A stretch of DNA of 64,000 nt from Candidatus Gottesmanbacteria bacterium (GCA_963701185.1 OY969569.1:549486-613485); one strand, 5' to 3'; counted from the stretch's first letter, positions 29,143 through 38,763 are shown. Numbers and translations: made by a program. The notes: generated from the letters alone by a model not told the origin.

Positions 29143-30858
29143 ATGTACATGCGGTATATCCGGAATTTTTTCATTCTGTTTACGATATGCTTCTTTCTTG
29201 CCGGAGCCCTGCCTGTCTCTGCGGTTGACTCATTATTTTCCGTTTCCGGGTGCAATGATCCCAGCCAAACCTGCGCAACAACCGGCGACGGCGTCAATAC
29301 AATCGTACCGTTAAGTCAAACCCAAACTCTGATTGCCAATACTGCGGCCCAACTCTTAGGCCCGAAAAATATTATCACGAAAATATTCGGTTCGTTGAAA
29401 CCGCTCGGATCATACAATACCGGCAGTGAAAAGCTCACGAATTTTTCCAACCAAATCCAAACTGCGAGCGATTTTGAGTTAAACCCGGCATCACTGCAGT
29501 CGATTGAGCAACATGACGAAACCAGCAAATCCGCCTCCATGACCAGCCGCGAGTGCGTGTATAACCCGCAAACCGGCGCACTCGAAGCGGATATAGTAAG
29601 CGGCGAAACCATAATAACCGCTGACGTACCGTGGATCCGTCCGGGAGCCGAAGGCGCACGGAGACTCTCATCGTTCACCACGGGATACACACAGGAATCG
29701 CAGGACTATAACCTTCCCAATATAACGATCAAACAGAATGCGGCTCTCCCCTGCGGATCACAGTTGAGCGGCATTGAAAAAAATCAAAATCCTACGGCAT
29801 TTCAAAATGAAAACACGTACGGAGGTCCAGGGAACGGTACTATTAGTTTTGTCGTTAACGTTTTAAACAGCATGATCAAATTATTCACCAGCCCTGAAGG
29901 GTCCGCTAGCGCCAAGGCAGATATTACCGTCCAGGCTCACATCGTGGGGACAGCCCAAAATCCGTACACCGGGCACACCGCGGCGCTCACGGCCGGATGC
30001 GCAACATCATCGGATTTATCTTCCGTTTCCTACGCAACAGATGAACAAAAACGGAAGCTCTGCGAATCCGGCGGATTTGTCAACAGCATGTACCGTCAGG
30101 ACCAAATTGATCCCACATATAAATCCGATCTCAACGCAAAAGACCCCAATCAACAATGGGTACAGACGATCACCAACGATCAGCCCACCGCCGCCAACAG
30201 CAGCGCATTTGCGGCCCGCGTCGAAGCCGCCGGAGATTATACTAACTGTACGCTCACGCAGGCCGACTACCAAACGACCGCCGTCCCCGACGGCGCCTGC
30301 AACACAAACTGGGTGGGTTCTGCGGCCGCCGGAGGCGGATGGAATTGCAGTAATGTGGGCGAACGATCCGTCCCGGGATTAAACTCCGGCGCCGGACAAT
30401 CATATGCAAACATACTCTATGGTCCATGTACGAGCGGCAAGGAGAATGCATGGGAAAAATGCAAAAATGATGTCATCGCACGTGCCGCAAAAGCATGCGT
30501 GGATCCGGTGTTCGCCCTGGCTATCTGGCTTCACGAATCCGGCGCCAGCAACTATACGTGCGGTCAGCAGCTGTCCGGCGGCAAAGTGCAGGATTTTGGT
30601 GTTAATATTTCGAGCGTCGCTGAAAATTTTAGCGAGCAACTTGACCGGTTTCTCCAATTGCCGGGCTACTACGGCTCAAAGTGTTCAGGGAAAACCATGC
30701 AGGATTTCGTCGCTATGTTTTGGATCGGAGACGGCTGTTACAATACGCTCTCCTCTGCGAATAAGGCTAAAATTGACGGATATATCACGGAATTGCAGGG
30801 TATCTACTCCGTTATCGCCCCCGGGAAAAAACTTCCAAAATGGCCGGGAGGCTGTTGA
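29143..30858 (+). CDS. Large secreted hypothetical protein, possibly with a C-terminal lysozyme/transglycosylase-like domain.
   Basis: Signal peptide. Over 500 aa rich in Ser/Thr/Gly/Asn. The C-terminal LAIWLHESGASNY segment resembles an E-S catalytic pair of lysozyme-like folds. This is a weak call. Confidence 0.55.
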   Translation: MYMRYIRNFFILFTICFFLAGALPVSAVDSLFSVSGCNDPSQTCATTGDGVNTIVPLSQTQTLIANTAAQLLGPKNIITKIFGSLKPLGSYNTGSEKLTNFSNQIQTASDFELNPASLQSIEQHDETSKSASMTSRECVYNPQTGALEADIVSGETIITADVPWIRPGAEGARRLSSFTTGYTQESQDYNLPNITIKQNAALPCGSQLSGIEKNQNPTAFQNENTYGGPGNGTISFVVNVLNSMIKLFTSPEGSASAKADITVQAHIVGTAQNPYTGHTAALTAGCATSSDLSSVSYATDEQKRKLCESGGFVNSMYRQDQIDPTYKSDLNAKDPNQQWVQTITNDQPTAANSSAFAARVEAAGDYTNCTLTQADYQTTAVPDGACNTNWVGSAAAGGGWNCSNVGERSVPGLNSGAGQSYANILYGPCTSGKENAWEKCKNDVIARAAKACVDPVFALAIWLHESGASNYTCGQQLSGGKVQDFGVNISSVAENFSEQLDRFLQLPGYYGSKCSGKTMQDFVAMFWIGDGCYNTLSSANKAKIDGYITELQGIYSVIAPGKKLPKWPGGC

Positions 30859-30920
30859 TGCAGACGGATACCGCGTCTATCTTTACTTTTTTTGTCCGCT
30901 TTGCTATACTGACTTCCGTA

Positions 30921-30944
30921 CCCCTGGGAGGGGGTTTTTCATAG
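30921..30944 (+). terminator. Rho-independent terminator, CCCCTGGGAGGGG plus TTTTT.
   Basis: 5-bp GC stem with a GGG loop followed by a T5 run, 60 nt after the 30858 stop. Confidence 0.5.
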
Positions 30945-30957
30945 ATCCGCCGAAGCC

Positions 30958-31209
30958 TTGGCGAAGGCGGAGTTGGTAGGATATAATGGAACTATGGATA
31001 CAACGGTAAAACCAAATATTCCCAATGTGGCACCGGGAAAGTTTCTGCGCGAGGTGATTTCGGAACTCAAAAAAGTCACCTGGCCGACGCGGGAAGAAAC
31101 AGTGAAGCTGACGGTTGTTGTCATCGTCATATCCGTCCTCGTCGGCGCTTTTATCGGCGGACTGGACTCATTATTTGTCAAAATAACAACAATACTATTT
31201 AAACGATAA
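30958..31209 (+). CDS. secE: Preprotein translocase subunit SecE.
   Basis: KFLREVISELKKVTWPTREETVKLTVVVIVISVLVGAFIG is the SecE signature with one TM helix. An alternative start is MDTT at 30994, just after a TATAAT. Confidence 0.75.
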   Translation: MAKAELVGYNGTMDTTVKPNIPNVAPGKFLREVISELKKVTWPTREETVKLTVVVIVISVLVGAFIGGLDSLFVKITTILFKR

Positions 31210-31213
31210 ACCT

Positions 31214-31750
31214 ATGGATACACCATCACATGCAAAATGGTACGTAGTTCACACCTACTCCGGCCATGAAAACAAAGTCGCCGCAAACCTGAAACAGCGC
31301 ATCGACACAATGAAGCTGGCGGACAAAATATTTGAAATCATCGTCCCAACACGCAATATCGTACATGTCCGCCACGGAAAAAAGGAAGAACAAAAGGAAA
31401 AAATTTTCCCGGGCTATATTCTCGTCAAAATGGTTCTGGATGACACGTCGTGGCTGGCGGTCCGCACTACACAGGGCGTCACCGCATTTGTCGGCGCCGG
31501 CAACAAACCTACCCCGATTTCCGATAAAGAAGTCGATACGATTTTGAAATTTATGCAGATGGAAGCGCCCAAATACAAGGCATCGTTTTCGGTGGGCGAA
31601 GCCGTCAAAATCGTGGACGGGCCGTTTGCGGATTTCTTAGGCACCATTGACACCATTGATGAGGAAAAAGGGAAAATCAAAGTCCTGGTCTCTATTTTTG
31701 GAAGAGAGACGCCCGTTGAACTGGACTTCCTGCAGGTTGCCAAACTCTAA
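31214..31750 (+). CDS. nusG: Transcription termination/antitermination factor NusG.
   Basis: WYVVHTYSGHENKV N-terminal NGN domain and a C-terminal KOW (GEAVKIVDGPFADFLGTI). Classic secE-nusG-rplK order. Confidence 0.9.
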   Translation: MDTPSHAKWYVVHTYSGHENKVAANLKQRIDTMKLADKIFEIIVPTRNIVHVRHGKKEEQKEKIFPGYILVKMVLDDTSWLAVRTTQGVTAFVGAGNKPTPISDKEVDTILKFMQMEAPKYKASFSVGEAVKIVDGPFADFLGTIDTIDEEKGKIKVLVSIFGRETPVELDFLQVAKL

Positions 31751-31827
31751 AAAATTTGCTATACTTCCCCATACTACCCTGACGCTCACGAGCAGTTGGG
31801 TGGGAGAAATCTCAAAGGGGTTTCGCT

Positions 31828-32256
31828 ATGGCAGTCAAAAAAGTCAAAACCATCATTAAGCTTAATCTTCCCGCCGGCAGTGCCACTGCGGCTCCCCCAG
31901 TCGGACCAGCGCTTGGACAACATGGACTTCCGATCATGGAGTTTGTGAAGGCCTACAACGAACGCACCGCCAAGCTCAAAGGTGAAACAATTCCCGCCGT
32001 TATCACCGTCTACGAAGACCGCACATTCAGCTTTATTACTAAGCTTCCCCCCGTTGCCGCCATGATTAAAAAGCTTCTGGCGTTGGAAAAGGCAGGCGGC
32101 AAAGCCGGCCATGAATCGGCAGGCAAACTCACGCAAGAACAGGTCAAAAAAATCGCAACCGATAAATTGCCGGATTTGAATACCGACAACGTCGAAGCAG
32201 CCATGAAAGTAGTCAAAGGAACCGCCCGCAGTATGGGCATTACGGTGGAAGGATAA
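31828..32256 (+). CDS. rplK: 50S ribosomal protein L11.
   Basis: The motifs KLNLPAGSATAAPPVGPALGQHGLPIMEFVKAYN and PAVITVYEDRTFSF are canonical L11. Confidence 0.95.
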   Translation: MAVKKVKTIIKLNLPAGSATAAPPVGPALGQHGLPIMEFVKAYNERTAKLKGETIPAVITVYEDRTFSFITKLPPVAAMIKKLLALEKAGGKAGHESAGKLTQEQVKKIATDKLPDLNTDNVEAAMKVVKGTARSMGITVEG

Positions 32257-32260
32257 GACT

Positions 32261-33088
32261 ATGGGTAAAATCAGAGCCGTCGCCATGGGCGACGAACGAG
32301 AGGAAAAAGAGCAAAAACGCCGGGCCGAAGCAAGGCGTCAGACCAAAGATTCCAAAAAACAGAAGGTGGAAGGCATCGAGGTGGCCGAAGGCACCGATAT
32401 CAAGCCGGAATTTAAAAAATTGATTGAAGAGGTTGAATCCGGAGAAAAGCCTGCGGTAAAAAAAGCCAAGAAAGAAAAGAAAGCACGCGTCCGCTCAAAA
32501 CGGTATGTTGAGGCTGCTTCCCTGGTTGATAAAACCAAAGTCTATCCCCTGGGCGATGCAGTGTCGCTCGTGAAGAAAACAAGCCTCACGAAATTTGACG
32601 GATCCGTGGAACTGCATATTAATCTCAATCCTGCATCTTTGGGTGAAAAGAAAGATATGCGCGGCTCCGTATCCTTACCGCACGGAACAGGAAAACAGGT
32701 ACGCGTCCTTATCGCGGACGAATCTATTATTGCCGACGTTGCCGAGGGAAAAATCAATTTTGATATTCTGGTAGCCTCTCCCGCCATGATGCCGCGTCTT
32801 GCCAAAGTCGCCCGGATTTTGGGTCCCAAGGGGCTTATGCCCAACCCGAAAACCGGCACCGTGACGGAAGACACCGCCAAGCGCGCCAAAGAGTTATCGA
32901 CCGGCAAAGTCAACTTCAAAACCGAACCCGACCAGCCGCTCATCCATCTCTTGGTGGGCAAAGTATCGTTTGATGACAAAAAGCTTGAGGACAACATCAG
33001 CGCAATCTTAAACGCAGTCGGACGGGGCAAAATTGCCAAGGCTACTCTTGCGTCCACCATGGGTCCGGGAGTTAAAATTCAGATATAA
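32261..33088 (+). CDS. rplA: 50S ribosomal protein L1 with an N-terminal Lys/Glu-rich extension of about 75 aa.
   Basis: The core KRYVEAASLVDKTKVYPLGDAVSLVKK...KFDGSVELHINLN...GTGKQVRV aligns to canonical L1 from about residue 76. The preceding segment is KE-rich low complexity. Confidence 0.9.
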   Translation: MGKIRAVAMGDEREEKEQKRRAEARRQTKDSKKQKVEGIEVAEGTDIKPEFKKLIEEVESGEKPAVKKAKKEKKARVRSKRYVEAASLVDKTKVYPLGDAVSLVKKTSLTKFDGSVELHINLNPASLGEKKDMRGSVSLPHGTGKQVRVLIADESIIADVAEGKINFDILVASPAMMPRLAKVARILGPKGLMPNPKTGTVTEDTAKRAKELSTGKVNFKTEPDQPLIHLLVGKVSFDDKKLEDNISAILNAVGRGKIAKATLASTMGPGVKIQI

Positions 33089-33324
33089 ATTCTATGGCTG
33101 GCTCCCCCTCAGAATTTCGTATCGGTCACCCTTATGGACTCGTGCGGGATACCAGATATTTTCGTGTGACCCTCATGTCTGTTGACGCATCCGTACAACC
33201 ACCTCGGGCACATGTTATTATCCAAGAGCACTCGGTCGAATCATTTATTGAGGGGACAGGTACCCGAAAACGCCATAAATATCGTGGCGATCCCGTTCCC
33301 TGTGCCAATGTTCCGCTTACCGAC

Positions 33325-33455
33325 CTTATTGATATCGGGTAAATAATCTGCTATACTCTTTTTATCCTAAAGACCGTAGGTATCCCGATCAGATCGGGAG
33401 GAAATCCTACCGAGGGAATATTTTCCTCGCTTTTGGCGGGGATTTTTTTATATAT
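33325..33455 (+). promoter_or_regulatory. Promoter TTGATA-N17-TATACT plus a structured rplJ leader (candidate L10 leader autoregulatory element).
   Basis: Consensus-like promoter seen directly. Downstream hairpins: CCCGATC-AG-GATCGGG nested in GTAGG...CCTAC, and CGAGG-GAATATTTTC-CCTCG. The position matches the known L10(L12)4-binding leader upstream of rplJ. Confidence 0.45.
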
Positions 33456-33974
33456 ATGGCTACACAACGAAAAATAGATGCAGTGACGGAACTGACCGGA
33501 AAAATCGCTAAAGCGAAATCCATTGTCTTGGCCGATTACCGCGGCCTCAAGCATAAACAGCTTGAAGAACTGCGCCGGGCCCTCAAAAAAACCGACGCAG
33601 ACTTTAGCGTGATCAAGAATCGTTTATTTACCAAAGCTTTGGGAAATAAGGCAAAATCCATCGAAAACCAACTCACACAATCGACAGCGGCACTGTTTGC
33701 ATATGCTGATGAAGTAGCTCCCCTTACCGTCCTGCTTAAATTTTTCAAAACAGCAGGAGCAGGGATTACAAAAGGCGGACTGTTGGGCGACAATGTGTTG
33801 ACCGAAGCAGATATTACAAAATTAGCGGCACTCCCCGCCCGTTCCGTTCTGTTGGCCCGCTTAGTCGGCCAGCTCAATGCACCGATCCAGGGCTTGCACT
33901 ACGCACTTTCGTGGAATATAAACAGGCTCGTTTGGGCATTGAAGGAGGTGACTGTACATGGCAAAACTAACTAA
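33456..33974 (+). CDS. rplJ: 50S ribosomal protein L10.
   Basis: [35 protein letters not shown] is a canonical L10 N-terminus. Confidence 0.9.
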   Translation: MATQRKIDAVTELTGKIAKAKSIVLADYRGLKHKQLEELRRALKKTDADFSVIKNRLFTKALGNKAKSIENQLTQSTAALFAYADEVAPLTVLLKFFKTAGAGITKGGLLGDNVLTEADITKLAALPARSVLLARLVGQLNAPIQGLHYALSWNINRLVWALKEVTVHGKTN

Positions 33975-34344
33975 AGACGAAATACTGAAAGCAGTTGAAG
34001 AAATGACGGTATTGGAGCTTTCCGACTTAGTGAAGGCTCTTGAGGAAAAATTCGGAGTTTCTGCCGCACCAGTCGCAGTAGCTGCAGGAGCAGCGCCGGC
34101 GGCAGATGCAGGCGAACCGAAGGAAGAACAAACGGTTTTCAACGTGGTTCTTAAGGAAGCAGGAGCAAACCGCATCGGCGCAATTAAAGCGGTGCGCGAA
34201 CTCGTACCGACCTTGGGACTTCAGGAAGCCAAAACACTCGTGGAATCGGCTCCGAAAGAAGTTTTAACCGGCGTCAACAAAAGTACCGCTGAAGAGGCAA
34301 AGAAAAAGCTCGAGGCAGCAGGTGCAAAAGTTGAATTGAAGTAA
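33958..34344 (+). CDS. rplL: 50S ribosomal protein L7/L12.
   Basis: [34 protein letters not shown], an Ala/Pro hinge, then [12 protein letters not shown]-like and C-terminal [10 protein letters not shown]. Confidence 0.95.
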   Translation: MAKLTKDEILKAVEEMTVLELSDLVKALEEKFGVSAAPVAVAAGAAPAADAGEPKEEQTVFNVVLKEAGANRIGAIKAVRELVPTLGLQEAKTLVESAPKEVLTGVNKSTAEEAKKKLEAAGAKVELK

Positions 34345-34356
34345 TAAAACAAAAAC

Positions 34357-34392
34357 GTATAGAAACGTACCCCGCTTCTCGTGAGAGGCGGG
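34357..34392 (+). terminator. Rho-independent terminator after rplL: CCCCGC-TTCTCGTGAGAG-GCGGGG plus TTTTTT.
   Basis: 6-bp GC stem and a T6 run seen directly. It may act bidirectionally for the convergent 34398 gene. Confidence 0.6.
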
Positions 34393-34397
34393 GTTTT

Positions 34398-36650
34398 TTA
34401 TGACCGCTTTTTCTGATTTGGTGTGTATTGAAAAAGTTTGATCTCATCAAAACGGCTCTTTGACCACGCTGCCGGTTCTACTAATTCTATCAGTGAAGGC
34501 TCCGTGGGATCTTTTGCGTCTGTTTGTATAAGACGATACCCTGCATACCTCCCCTGCATGTCATCCAGGAGTTTCTCCATAAATGCGATAAGACCCGACC
34601 CCGAAAGGACCGTTCCGTCCATGTCGATACTCTGAAAGGGATAGATGCATATCTCCGTAAGGTGTTCTTCCTCCCCGCGGGATAGGGACAAGACAAATTT
34701 TTCCCGAACTATCAGGTTTCCGATGGATCCAGCGCGTACACCGTTCCTCTTTCCGGCGATAAACTCCTCCCGTTCTTTCTTTGATTGAATGGTAATAAAT
34801 TTCCGCACAGAATCAATAGCCGCTGTTTTATGCGTTCCCGCAACGATAGACACCTGCCACCCCGACCCCGCAAGGAGCGTACGATAATGGTCAAGCAATG
34901 CCTCACGAAATTCTTCAACCTTCGCGAGCCGCAATGGTATATTCCTGCGCTCTTCTTCCGAAAAATTATCTTCATGGATAACGAAATTGTGGCTGAAATC
35001 ATCGTTCACTGGTTCGTGCAAGCTTTTAAACCATTTTCGCTCTTCAGATTTCAAGGGCCGCTTATCATGCAAGAGCAGAAGCGCTTTGCCCCCGACCGGT
35101 TTCTCCGTCTGACGCCGAAGTATTGTATGGGTGACATCTTTCAGGTGTATTTCGTCCAATTCGGGCGGATATTTCAAAAACTTCGCCAAGCCGTTTTCAA
35201 ACAGGCTATCGTCTACAACCATATGCTGTTCGATGACCGGAATTGCAGTAAAAAATTCCGCGATGATCATAAGCATCTCACCGCGCATCCGTTTGGCGGC
35301 ATCACTCTGGACATTGGACGGAATGTTTTTGTACGGGTGCAAACCCAACACATGCAGCATCTGCACAAACGGCCGCTCGATGGCGCTGGCAACTTCGTTT
35401 ATCGGGTAATGCTGTTGAAACGAGTTTTTCGTTTTCTGCATTTCACCGGCAATATAACGCGGAATCCGTTCGGGAAATTCCAGAGCACGCTTTACAATAT
35501 CCCGCGGCTTACGGAGCCTAACGGCAAGTTCATCGACAAACCGCGCGTCCAGATCTTTTAGGAGCTGGGTGTGTTGATCCAGCCGCAGGGCAATCACCTG
35601 AGGCCAAATTGCCCGGAGTGCCGCTACGGTGTCGACACCTCTTGCTGAGATAAATGGGGTAATATCTACCCCCATTCGCACATATAGCTCCTGCACCGTC
35701 CCGCGAAGCGCATAATTTAATATGTTGCGGGCTTTTCGGACTTGGGCCGTTGGCATAGAAACCAGTGCGTCCGGCAACTGCTCCGGCGTAAACTCCCGCA
35801 TATATAAACTCGCAGTAAGTAAATCCGTTGACCTGGGCGGCTTTTGACCATTTTCTCTGTCCCGCGTGCGTTCATCGGTAAACCCCATCATCATCTGCGC
35901 CGCAAGAAATCCGCGAAGCAACTCATTATGTCCGCATTGACCCAACCCTGAAACCTCCGGCTTTTTATGCCACCTGCGGACGAGGTTAATCTGTTTTTTC
36001 ATCTCATCAAGAAACGATTGCTCATAACTCCTGATTTCCTGCATCACGCGGGTAAACTCCAAGCCTTGTATCTGCCGCGCGTCGGCGGAAAGTATCACAT
36101 CACCGGCCTGCGCCTGCGTCAAATGGCCGACGATATGAAGATTTTCCTCGTATCGGGTGGTTACATATCCGTTGTTGAATAATTGTTCTAGTTCGTTGGG
36201 TGTGACACTCACAAGCTGATTCGCGCCATCTTCACGCGGTTGGTGGAGAGAAATGGCACCGGACCGCACCGGCATGACGGTAAGAAATGCTTCGCGTCCT
36301 GCTCGTTTGCCGTTGACCCGATATGGTATGGGGCTCCCGTGCCCGATGGAATCTTGGAGATTTCGCAGGGACTCGCGTGTAAGAAGTGATTTTTCAAACA
36401 CTTTCCTCATGCCGGCATGCAAAAGATCTTCTCCCGGATTAATCTCTCCTCCTATTGCAGTGACCAATTTCGTATCGACTTTTTTGACCAAAATCACTTC
36501 GATACAAGAAATCTCTTGGAAAGATTTTCCAGCAGCAAGCAATCCTTCTAGTTGCTCAGCCCGTATCGGCGCCACGGCAAACACCCGCACGCTGCGGTGG
36601 ACGTTTTCATGAGAATCAAGAGATGACAGTCGTTCTGTTTTCGACGGCAT
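34398..36650 (-). CDS. Large hypothetical protein of 750 aa with a degenerate N-terminal Nudix-like box.
   Basis: Long clean ORF. GGEINPGEDLLHAGMRKVFEK fits G-x5-E-x7-R-[EK]-U-x-E, which is incomplete relative to REUxEExGU. I recognise no other motif. Confidence 0.55.
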   Translation of the reverse strand: MPSKTERLSSLDSHENVHRSVRVFAVAPIRAEQLEGLLAAGKSFQEISCIEVILVKKVDTKLVTAIGGEINPGEDLLHAGMRKVFEKSLLTRESLRNLQDSIGHGSPIPYRVNGKRAGREAFLTVMPVRSGAISLHQPREDGANQLVSVTPNELEQLFNNGYVTTRYEENLHIVGHLTQAQAGDVILSADARQIQGLEFTRVMQEIRSYEQSFLDEMKKQINLVRRWHKKPEVSGLGQCGHNELLRGFLAAQMMMGFTDERTRDRENGQKPPRSTDLLTASLYMREFTPEQLPDALVSMPTAQVRKARNILNYALRGTVQELYVRMGVDITPFISARGVDTVAALRAIWPQVIALRLDQHTQLLKDLDARFVDELAVRLRKPRDIVKRALEFPERIPRYIAGEMQKTKNSFQQHYPINEVASAIERPFVQMLHVLGLHPYKNIPSNVQSDAAKRMRGEMLMIIAEFFTAIPVIEQHMVVDDSLFENGLAKFLKYPPELDEIHLKDVTHTILRRQTEKPVGGKALLLLHDKRPLKSEERKWFKSLHEPVNDDFSHNFVIHEDNFSEEERRNIPLRLAKVEEFREALLDHYRTLLAGSGWQVSIVAGTHKTAAIDSVRKFITIQSKKEREEFIAGKRNGVRAGSIGNLIVREKFVLSLSRGEEEHLTEICIYPFQSIDMDGTVLSGSGLIAFMEKLLDDMQGRYAGYRLIQTDAKDPTEPSLIELVEPAAWSKSRFDEIKLFQYTPNQKKRS

Positions 36651-37148
36651 AGCACGAATGCATAGTATACCCTAATCATGCCTCATTATGCAAAAAACGA
36701 CACGTCTACGGGCAATACAGAGGCTGGCGCTCCTTTCCGTATTCTGCCAACATGGTTCAATTACCTATTTACTACAGGTTGATCACCTATGATATAGCCG
36801 TGTGTATGGGGCATTTTGCATTTTTTGGTGTTTTCCGCATATTTCCGTATGACAAAGCATTGTGGATTGTTTGTGCGATATTGTGGATATTATTGAACAA
36901 TATTAGTGTTCAATTACGTAGCTTTGATAATGTTACAAAAAATGGGTTTTTTGAAAAATATTGTGTTGCCACTTTTTGTCACCCCCAAATTTATTTTTCA
37001 TAGTTTTTTGGACACTCCTCTGAATTTTTTGCCGCCGCTCACTGTTTTTTTCTTTTTAATACTATTTTACTTTTCCGTTTCAATATATATCATACTAGCT
37101 GCATGCATTTGATGTCTCTTGACAATGTTTGACTGACGATGTACTGTT

Positions 37149-37394
37149 GTGATGAATATTGATCTTAAATTCTTGCCCGAAAAAGGAGCTAGTATGGCAC
37201 TTGGTGATGAATGGCCGGATTTGTTGACCGTGCGGGAAGTGGCAAAAATTTTACGCGTATCTCCTCTGACAATCAAGCGGTGGGGCAAGCGCGGGAAGTT
37301 GCCCGCCATCCGCATAAACTCGCGCGGAGACCGCCGGTATAAGAAAGAGGCGGTACTCTGGCTCCTGGGACTTCAGCAAAAAGGGGCGGTGTAA
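37149..37394 (+). CDS. Small excisionase/MerR-like HTH DNA-binding protein.
   Basis: LLTVREVAKILRVSPLTIKRWGKRGKLPAIRINSRGDRRYKKEAV matches the Xis/HTH_17 pattern (the start is possibly MALGD at 37194). Confidence 0.6.
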   Translation: MMNIDLKFLPEKGASMALGDEWPDLLTVREVAKILRVSPLTIKRWGKRGKLPAIRINSRGDRRYKKEAVLWLLGLQQKGAV

Positions 37395-37398
37395 AAGG

Positions 37399-38256
37399 TT
37401 ATATCGCAGTTTCTTTAATTTCAGTCGCGGCCTGCGCGGGATCTACGACATTGACGTTTAGGCCGGTCCCCAGCTCAAACCCCGCGCGGTGGATAAAACG
37501 CGGAATAATACGGATAAACCAATTGATACCGTGGTAAATGTAATAGTTGTAGACAAACGCATTGTCAGAACGGTCTTTCGGTTTAATCGTCGAAGCCAGA
37601 TATATTTTTTCCAACCGTATAAGAACGCGCTGCAGGACTCCGGCCAAATCAGGAAGCTCCGCCTCCGGCGTATCGCCGAATTTACTTCCTTCACTTTTGG
37701 GCGCGATCCACGTCTCATAGGGCCACTGCGAAAAATCCGGACAATAGGTGATAAAAAAGGTATTTTCATCGACAATGTTGGCAATCGGCTCCCGGTACAG
37801 TGAATCCAGGTTAATCTGCTTGGGAACCACAACCAATTGGGAATGCGGATGGATAAGGCTTGCTCCCGCATGAAACCCGTGATTGCAGAAGATAATGACC
37901 TGCCCGTCGCCCTCATGAGCGCGGTAACGGTCGCGGTACACGGTCAGAATCCGGGTTACCTGCTCAACCGGAAGGTGTTCCAGATCATCCGTATGATTAG
38001 GCGTATGAATAATAACCTCGTGAATGTCGGTAATGGCGTATTTATTGGGGACCACGCGTACCTGCCAGCCCGGCTTATCCTTCTCCCCACTCCCTATCCG
38101 GTACACCTCCTGCGGCGTGAGACTTTCGTTTCCCTCGCAAAATGCACAAACTGGTTCACCTGTTTTCGGAGCGGCTGCTTCGTCCGGGCGTTTGCTGCGG
38201 GCGGCCGCGATAATCACCCACCGCTGTGTCTTGACATCGGGAACATATTTTGCCAC
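37399..38256 (-). CDS. GalT-family (HIT superfamily) nucleotidyltransferase: galactose-1-phosphate uridylyltransferase-like / NDP-sugar phosphorylase.
   Basis: CAFCEGNE Cys cluster, VRVVPNKYA, and the HPHSQ (HxHxQ) active-site motif. GTG start. Confidence 0.7.
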   Translation of the reverse strand: MAKYVPDVKTQRWVIIAAARSKRPDEAAAPKTGEPVCAFCEGNESLTPQEVYRIGSGEKDKPGWQVRVVPNKYAITDIHEVIIHTPNHTDDLEHLPVEQVTRILTVYRDRYRAHEGDGQVIIFCNHGFHAGASLIHPHSQLVVVPKQINLDSLYREPIANIVDENTFFITYCPDFSQWPYETWIAPKSEGSKFGDTPEAELPDLAGVLQRVLIRLEKIYLASTIKPKDRSDNAFVYNYYIYHGINWFIRIIPRFIHRAGFELGTGLNVNVVDPAQAATEIKETAI

Positions 38257-38261
38257 ACATC

Positions 38262-38303
38262 TAGTATTGCGTATTGCGTATCGGGTATCAAGTATCAGGT
38301 GTC
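38262..38303. repeat. Six tandem imperfect heptamers (TTGCGTA TTGCGTA TCGGGTA TCAAGTA TCAGGTG TCAAGAG) in the 5' region of the galT-like gene.
   Basis: Seen directly. A 7-nt period with the core TYRNGTA. Confidence 0.6.
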
Positions 38304-38314
38304 AAGAGAAGAGG

Positions 38315-38743
38315 TTATGTTTTCTCCGGCCAGATAACCGTACCGGGAAAACGCTCCTCCACCAAATGGAGTGCCTTTTCCCAACCGGGAGAATCAAGAA
38401 CCACCGTCATGGGCTTATGGGCCGGCAATCGATAAACAAACGTGGATTTAGATTCTACGTAATCTTTTTGATAGGATCCGAGCATCCTGATAAAAACCTT
38501 CATAGCGAACTCTGAATCTTTATGCGCTTCGAATATACAACCCGTTGAAATTGAGGATTCTTCGTAATACTTCAGGTCAAACGGATCCTCATCCGTTAAC
38601 ATAACATGCGGGGTTTTCTCCCCAGCATTAAGCCTATCTTTCCGGATTACGCGAAGATGGTGCTGTTGTAAAAATGTAACTCCGTGATTAAACTCGTCTT
38701 GTTGCTCTTTATTTTGGAATATCAGCTCTTGTTTCGCCACCAT
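38315..38743 (-). CDS. Hypothetical protein.
   Basis: 142 to 149 aa ORF (ATG at 38743, or a GTG at 38764 overlapping the upstream stop). I recognise no family. Confidence 0.45.
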   Translation of the reverse strand: MVAKQELIFQNKEQQDEFNHGVTFLQQHHLRVIRKDRLNAGEKTPHVMLTDEDPFDLKYYEESSISTGCIFEAHKDSEFAMKVFIRMLGSYQKDYVESKSTFVYRLPAHKPMTVVLDSPGWEKALHLVEERFPGTVIWPEKT

Positions 38744-38763
38744 AGTTCTCCATATATACCACA

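Noticed and set aside
29316-30979. Several ORFs (29316-29690 minus, 30041-30382 plus, 30404-30979 plus, 30400-30657 minus, and others).
   Set aside because: All are nested within or antisense to the 29143-30858 secreted-protein gene. Arg/Pro-rich shadow composition.
33094-33342. 82-aa ORF between rplA and rplJ.
   Set aside because: It overlaps the promoter and structured leader of rplJ. No recognisable motif, and atypical composition. More likely a non-coding L10 leader region.
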